A stretch of 64,000 nucleotides of DNA from Bigelowiella natans CCMP2755 (Eukaryota; Protista; Cercozoa): positions 1 to 64,000 of the forward strand of contig ADNK01000855.1 in the NCBI GenBank assembly GCA_000320545.1, written 5' to 3'. The notes below the pieces were generated by a model. It saw only the letters and a list, made by a program, of their open reading frames with translations, searched no databases and had not been told where the DNA came from. The position numbers and the translations under genes were made by a program. Below, in pieces: positions 56,146 to 64,000 of the stretch; the stretch's first letter is position 1; every line of letters starts with the position of its first letter.

Positions 56146-56444
56146 GGGGTGGGGGGGGGGGGGGGGAAGGGAAAAGGGGGGAAAGCAACACAACTCTCTT
56201 CTCCATTTATTATGTTAGGCCTGGTTGTGGACCTACCTGTGGAACACAACACTCTGCACGCATGCGGCCACTGGCGTCAGTCCAATTCCTGCACCCGCAA
56301 CCTGAGGAAAAGCACAAAGCGAAAAAGAGGAGGGAAGCGGAAGGGAGGTAGAGAATGTAAGTGTGAGAATAGGCAACTGAGAAGGCAGAAAAGAAAGAAA
56401 AAGAGAAACCAACAAAGGCGAAGGTAGGGCACTCCAACAATACA

Positions 56445-56484
<40 letters not shown>

Positions 56485-58997
56485 CATGTTGAGTACCAAG
56501 ACGTGTTCATATTCGGTCATGTGCTGAGTGGGTGCAGAATGAGGCCCGTCCACCAAAAATAGCTGCTTGCCATCCGGTCCTTGTGTACGTCCTTTATGTA
56601 CATTTGCGAAGAAAAGGAGGAATACAAGGTCAATGAAAGTACGATGACAGAGGCGCTACACAGATAACATAATATCCTCAGCGAGAGGGGTAGCTGTGTA
56701 TTTCAGCCGATGTCAGCATTAGTACCTGGACTAATTTGACCGTCACTTCCTCTTGATGTCAACGAAAAGGATTTCACGCCAGGGGGGGCAATGGAGAGGC
56801 AGTAATCAGCCACAGACTACAGAGAAGAGGAGGAACGGGAAGGGGGGCATGGGAAGAATAAGATATGAATATGCACGCGCACACTGTGTCGCATACGCAT
56901 TTCACCCTTGGCCCCGTGTACTCATGGAGAACACAACGGATATCTCCGCAGCCTCCATGTACTGGTCTCTTTCACGTTTTATATAACTATTTCTTAGTCC
57001 ACTTTTTCTCGCTCCCTCACGCTACAGGTGGCTGCATGCATCAGCGCAATATCGCCCAATCAAAACTATTCTTGCTTCCGTTCATACCTGAGTCCAGCTT
57101 CCCTCTCCCTGCGTTTGAATATGAACCTAGAAATTCAATCATGGAGGGGAGGGGGCCAGAGAGAAGAAAGCGAAGGAACAACACCTCAGATTTTACATGG
57201 ACAAGATGCAATGCAGCTTCTGTGGTCTCGTTGCCGACGTTTCTCTCCCAAACGAAGTTCTATCTATGTGAGGATCGACTGATTGGAAATCCTGCTTCAT
57301 TGCTTCTCCCACTGTTACTGCTACAACTAGTAGTAATGGTGATAGCACTACTACCCCCGACACCACGACCACTGCACTGAACCTCTCCCATTCACGTACG
57401 CACACATAAAAAAATACAGGAGCTCTTTTAGCCGAATCGATTGCTATGCTACTCGCTGACCGTCCACGTCGGCTTGTGCGGCGGCGAGGATATGGTGAAG
57501 GGGTGCCACTCGTACTTTTTCACAGAAGGACAGCAAAGGAACACGTATTGTCCTTCCCGGTAGCCTGGCAATGGACGATTTTACAACAAGGCAGCGAGGG
57601 CATTGAATAAGGAGCAGAGATGATGACAGCTCTTAGATATGCACAGAGGTGATTATGAACGCGGCGTGACATCTTCATTGGACTCCTAGAGGTGTACATT
57701 CTGCTTCCATCGATATCGCTCTTTCTTCCCTTAAACTGTTTAACCTTTTCCTCCCACCCTCATTTCCTCTTCCGACCGCATACATCCATTCAAGTTGACG
57801 GGGGGGGAGAAGAGAAAGAGGACAAGAAAATAAGGCATTGGTGAGGAACGCACCAGCGGCTCCAAATGCGCTGTCCTTGTCGAATTCAAAGGAGATGAGC
57901 CGTGGCTTCATTGCCATCATTGACATCACACGGACTTCATTCTGAGACCTACGAAACCACAGAGGGGTGCGTATAGCTCAGTTACTTGATATGGTACAAC
58001 ACGTAATCTAGTGCCCCCACGTATGTGTACGTTCATGTGTGTGTGTGTGTGTGTGTGTGTGTGGAGGTGTATCGCTGCGGTGTTAGTGCGCTCTTGCAAC
58101 AAGGTTCGAAGAACCTCAGAATCCTATAAATGCGCTCCATTATGTACATAGATCCCGGTAGTAACAAGTACTTCCAAAAGTTAGGGTTCCAACCTGGGTA
58201 AACAATTATTAAATTGCTACTATCCAATCTGGATGAACAACTATTAAAATGCTACTTACTATCCATCCACCTCCTCTCCCTCCCCCCACACACGCACATA
58301 CACATACACACATATGAATAACCGAAGATAAGATAAAATATCATGTATCATGTAGAGGTTCTTTTGGAACAATTTACGAGAGTGCCGGTGTATTTGCAGG
58401 CTGCATCTAGCATCCAGAAAACGAGCCATTTTTATTTGAAAGCTCACAGTGCATTGGCGAAGAGAAATGGATACCTCCTTTTCCGTGTAGAAGACAAATG
58501 GCGAAATAGGCTATGAAGAGATGGTGGCTGTACCTAATGAGTTCAAGGGAGGGGCGGCTGAGTGAGCAACGTTAAAGGGGTTGTTGACAAGGAGGGGGGG
58601 GGGGAGAGAGGGATAGGGCAATAGTTTGGAAAGGCAGGAAGGACCAGAACACTTCGAAGTTGCTGCGTTTCACCATGTCAGAGCCCCCAGAGTAGATAAA
58701 GACCTGTCACCCCGCGCAGTAGTAACGGTAGCAGGGGAAACAACATCTTTCATAATTTCGATCCAAAATTATGGAAATGTCACAACAGAAACACACGTGT
58801 CATGCAGGACTAGTTGGCTATGCTTTTTAGTAATGCCGCAAGAGATCGAAATCATCGATGGTGAAAAGCAACCATGATGATTAACAGCATCATTCCAGAG
58901 ACGAATGGCCAGTGCCCGAACCTGCAACATACCAAAGTGATTCGCAGCACGAAAAACTACAATAGCGCCGCTACGCCTATGAGCACACTCGATTCAA

Positions 58998-59029
<32 letters not shown>

Positions 59030-59036
59030 CCTAAAC

Positions 59037-59077
<41 letters not shown>

Positions 59078-59539
59078 TTACTATTATATGGGTGTGTGCG
59101 TGTGTATGTTTGTACTTGTCAACTGTTTGTTCTGGCTTCGCTGAGTAGTTGATAAAGTGCATAAGCGTGTGGCCGATAACAGCGAAAAACGACAGCCTGA
59201 AAATGGGGAAACGCAGACAAGAGCAAAATCAATATAGAACACACACAGAACACACACTGCAAACAAATGAAGATAAAATACATATTCATCATGTCAGTGG
59301 AAAGATAATGCCATAGTATAGTTTTCGATACATATGACCATACTTTGCCAGTTGCTTGTGCAGCATGTGGTTCTTGTCGATAGGAATAAAACTGAAGATC
59401 GTGCCTTATCGATTCGCCAGCAAGGTCACAGGTAAAAAACAGAATGCATGCAGAACATCAACACAATGAAAACTACATCCGCACACGCATCATATGAACA
59501 AGTTTTACATTTGGAGTATGTACGCGTCTATCATGCGTT

Positions 59540-59573
<34 letters not shown>

Positions 59574-59743
59574 CGCGCATGTGAGAACGTGAGAACACTT
59601 GCTTACGGAGGGGATTTGGCGAGACAGCTTTGGTCCAGTGTTGCAAGATTGTACAAATAGCGGAGTAATGTGCGGCATACCTAATGTGTGTGGTAAAGCA
59701 CCTCCCAATCACAAACTATTTCTCAGATACAAAAGGACGAACA

Positions 59744-59779
<36 letters not shown>

Positions 59780-60797
59780 TATTTGTGTGTACTATTGTGC
59801 ATAGCACTTGTGTAACTTGTTTCAACATTTGGTAGATGGTTGGGAAGTGTCGACGAGGTTTCAACATGATGACTGCTGCCTCTCAGTGTCGGGCTGCCAC
59901 AAGGTCATAGCCTTGTTGACTTCAAATCGGTCAGTGCTATTTCCTCCCTCAATTCTCAAATCTTCCTCTATGTGTGGAGAGAGTACCGGCAGCAGGATCA
60001 AGGAGCTGTTTATGTCTATCATGCACCTATGTGCATACATAACCTCAACGACGTGAACGGGAGAAGAACAGCATGTGGAAGACAATCACTCAAAATGGCG
60101 GAACGGATCAGAGCGAAGGCGCAGTCGATTTTCTTCGTCAATAATGACAAAAGGACATGATCGCTCGATTGTTGCTGCGTATGAGTTCAACCCGAATCCT
60201 TTGGCATAGGGTGCCCATCCGCTCAGCTTCTTGTCATCGTCCATCTCATCCACAGCCTGAAAATATCGTTTGCATCATTTTGTGCGTGCGTGCGTGCGCG
60301 TGTGTGAGTGTGTGTCTGTGTGTGTTCATATAGCACAGGCTGCAAATTCCATGCAGACCTTGGTCCAGATGACAACAGTGACAATGAAAGCGATGAGATT
60401 TGCAAGGAGGTAAACGCAGAAAAAGACGAAGACGCGCCCTTTTGCCACTTGTTTCTTGAAGTAAATTTTCCACTGCTCAACGAATGAAGGTGGATCTGAT
60501 ATTTCGCGAAAAAGTATGATCAGACTACAGGCTCCGCCACACACATATACAAGGAGAGAGAGAAAGAGAGAGAGAGGAGAGGAGAACACACACACACACA
60601 CACACAAATACACACACAGTAACTAAGTGAGCGGAAACACTATCCTCTTCTAACCCCCTTCCCCTTTCGCTCCTTATACTGATCGTCGTATTGATTGATT
60701 GAATGATTAATGCACCTCCTTTCCTTGCCCTGGGCTTCTTGAATTTCTCCCCGAGATAGAAGCTGCACACATTGCATGCACATATACTTAAGATTAT

Positions 60798-60839
<42 letters not shown>

Positions 60840-61179
60840 ATGTGTGCGCGCGCGCGCGTGTGTGTGTGGGTGCGTGTAGGTGCATAGTTAAGTGTATATT
60901 AAGGAGAAGCACTTCTAAACATAATTCATCATCACCCCAGAGCGTCGAAGAATCCAGCGAAAAGGAGCGAAAATGCAACTGTGATCGTAGCGAAAGAAGG
61001 GAGGAAGAAGATCCCGCTGGCAAACTGAATAGCGAAAGCAATGCAGATGTAGCGACCAGGATTAAAGCTTAGATATTGACAAATCAGGTCAGGTCATATT
61101 CGTGTGAAGACAGAAAGGAAGCCAAATGTTCGCGGCCACGCCCTTATGTGAGTGAATTTGCAAGGGGAATGGCCATTCA

Positions 61180-61232
<53 letters not shown>

Positions 61233-61772
61233 GGAAGTAGCTCGAACCCATATAGCGCCCCGCGCCGGGAAGGACTCCAGGAGCGGTGCACCTGACACAC
61301 GCAGTATGCATCCGTAAGCCTGCTGACATCCCAAAACCTTCCTTCTTCCCAACAAATTAAGCATGCCCACCTTTCCTCGAGGTTTCGACGTAGTATAGAC
61401 CCGGGCCATAAAGGAATGCGAAAACCTAAAACGGAGAGACTTGCTGTAACAAATGTAGATATATACAACTATCATGCCCTTTTAGGCGCTACGCATTCAT
61501 ACATGCGACATCCGCGATTTCGTATAAATGTGCGAGGCACAGATATTAGCTCGCTTATTATTGTATTTTGGGAAATCAATGGAGGATCGAGTGACGTCAG
61601 TTCTAAAAATAAAGCTCAAACAAGCCGCTAAAATGTTTACGTTGTTTTATAATCCTACCCCAGCTGTGATTTCATTTTCAGGGCTGATAAGTCCTCTTCC
61701 CTCTCCCCCGTACACCATGGCTGATGTTGGTTGTTCATGAATTGGCAAGTATATATTGGAGTGAGAGTGTGC

Positions 61773-61814
<42 letters not shown>

Positions 61815-63366
61815 TGATGTGTCATTTTAGATGATGTATTTGTGAAATATTGTAAATGTGACTACCTGACAATCCCAGAACAACGAGGAATATTGATATG
61901 TAGTATGTAATCTGCGCAAAGATGGGGGGATGTGGGGGAAAGATTGTTGCATCAGGAATAAGGAACTTTTTGTTTAGATTTAATTAAAATTTGATAATTA
62001 AAAAATTGATATTAATGTCAAAAAAATGTTAAAATGTGTTTTTGTAATATCATAGTTTTTATCAAGTTTTTCCAAACTTGAAAAAAAATTGGACATTTCT
62101 CCTCGTTAGATAGATTAGTATATTTATGACAGAATGATGATTATCTTTTCCTTTCATTCCCCTCTTCTCCTCCTCTCACCATAACGTGTGCCCACATGCG
62201 GAACGAGGTTTGCTCCTTCTTCTTCTTCTGAGTAGCCTCAGGCTTGAATTCTCTTCTTTCAGACTTCGGCATCGACAGCTTCACGTCCTTCAACTTCGTT
62301 TCATCGCTCGGTGCTATAGTACGACACGACGATACCAGGATGGACGTAAAAAAGTGGATTTACATCATAGGGGTGGGGGGGGGGAGAGGGTCTTTCGAGA
62401 CGACAACATAAATGATTGATTTCCATTGTGCCTATGTATATATTATACGTGCGTGCGTGTTTGCGTGGTTATATGTGTGTTGTATGACCGCCTCCCCTAG
62501 TGCTGCTCGTCAACAGGTTCGTATTTGAGGAAGCAACCAATGATGCCCTTGACTGGTCTGTGAGAGGACATGATTTTTTATTATATCCCAAATCCCCTCA
62601 ACATTTTCATGAATGAAATAAACAAGATTTTTATTGCCCAAGCCATTTATTTGTGATTACAACATCGACGGCACACGCGCGTAGAAGCAGAGGATAGCAG
62701 GCAAACAACACGTACCACCCAACGCGTCAGTATCGAAAATTGCTGCCGATTTAGGCGAGGATGCCCTCTTCGTCTCCTCTTCATTCTTGTTCTCGTTCAT
62801 AAGAGGCGCTGAACTGCCGATGTCCTTGGGCTTCGAAATCTCGGAGGTTGGTGGCGAGCTCGATGATCCAGGAGTCTCGATTTCTTTCACGTAATTGTAT
62901 GGGAAAAGCCTGCATTTTCGTGTTTGAGAACACGACACGAAACAGAATTAGATAGGCTTCTTTTCTAAAGAGTTAGGGAGTTCGATCGTTGCTCGTTCAC
63001 AGGAAAAAGGATCGTACCCGTCTTTCGAAGGATCGTTTTGGAGCCGGCCCTGCCACCAGCCGCTGATTAATATATCACGTGATGGTTCAATCAATAAACA
63101 GAGGGGGGATAGTCGCTAAGATATAACCTGTCATCCTTTTGAATTATCTCTATGATGTCACCGACCATTAAGGATAAGTGGCCTGAAAAATACCATTCAA
63201 AACGGAATTTTTATCGGCGGGGGGGCGAACAATAAAAACATTTCCGACAGCAACGATTGATGCCCCGATGGAAAAATAGCAAAAATCGATACCATATTGG
63301 CTGCTTACCTTCATCGACCGCCTCATATTTAAATTGGGCCTTGCAGAGGCCGACATGTTCCGACAT
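54640..63366 (-). CDS. NADPH oxidase (NOX) with N-terminal SH3 and p22phox-like domains
   Basis: NOX core: [99 protein letters not shown]3: [36 protein letters not shown]...[12 protein letters not shown] p22phox-like 4-TM block lies at about 60715-62215. Confidence 0.88.
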
Positions 63367-64000
63367 GGCGACTTCCTGTTCAGGACACAGAGCCGGTGAC
63401 GGTGGAGTTCAAGTTGTTTGCTGCCCTAAAAAAACCTGGCAAACACCACCACAGCAATCAAAATTCACCATCTCTCCCCTCCCTCACATATGTTCTCGAA
63501 TGAGCCTGTGGGGGGGCTCACACACACGCGCAACGAACCCACCCAAACGCGAATCAGCTGATGAGTTGACAGTGGCGAGGCGATGCGGATACCTGGGATA
63601 CGTGTGGCGTCGACTCTAAATGCAGTTTGTTTTGGGATGACGCAAAGAGGAAAAGGACTCTGTTTTCACTGTCGCCAATAAATAAAACGTCTTAGCTTGC
63701 CGTTTCTGTTGATAATTTGTTGGTGAACACGTCGCACCCCAACTATGCTCTACTGTCTTCATGGACTTCCAGATTCGACCATGGAAGAGAGGGACCAGCG
63801 TAGTCGAAGCTCTACGTCATGGGCCATCGCACGCATCATCCTTCCCCTCGAGGCCAAGGAATGCAGTGGTGTAGTCGTTTAGGCTCTTCGCCCTTGGAGA
63901 ATTTTTCTTCGGAAGGGAGGTGATTCGTCGTTGTGATTGAAACCTGGCCAAAAAGCTCATTGTTGTTGTGTTGTGGATTTGACAGACGTCCTCGACGATT

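Noticed and set aside
63400-63960. Minus-strand segment MSFLAR...AFLGLEG, faintly Arf/GTPase-like, upstream of the NOX gene
   Set aside because: No intact P-loop and stops in all frames. It may be 5' UTR exons or a relic; an in-frame stop precedes the NOX ATG.

Overview
Gene-dense, intron-rich eukaryotic nuclear DNA from a protist-like genome; the lineage cannot be fixed from sequence alone. Most ORFs in the supplied track are artefacts of intronic microsatellites, so I rebuilt genes by hand-splicing exons, and internal boundaries are approximate. In order: SulP/SLC26 anion transporter (+, 5' end outside the window, about 30 or more small exons); PRP4 kinase (-); RRP7 (+); orphan coiled-coil protein (-); pepsin-family A1 aspartic protease (+); Mu-like glutathione S-transferase (-); mitochondrial HSP70 (+); a small ubiquitin-fold protein ending in a CaaX box (+); a ceramidase/CREST-like fragment (+); a GT61-like type II glycosyltransferase (+); a UBA-like/PUB/RPA-binding-motif/Sfr1-Mei5 multidomain protein (-); a 5xUIM protein with one C2 domain nested inside another (+); a probable decayed gene carrying a 962-bp MITE with 45-bp TIRs and an 8-bp TSD (-); and a single-chain SH3-p22phox-like-NADPH oxidase fusion (-). 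The strongest non-coding signal is a 0.5-1.2 kb tract rich in GCTAGC/(GCTA)n and other palindromic or purine-pyrimidine-alternating words. It sits downstream of every intact gene's 3' end and inside the MITE, but not in divergent promoters or introns.
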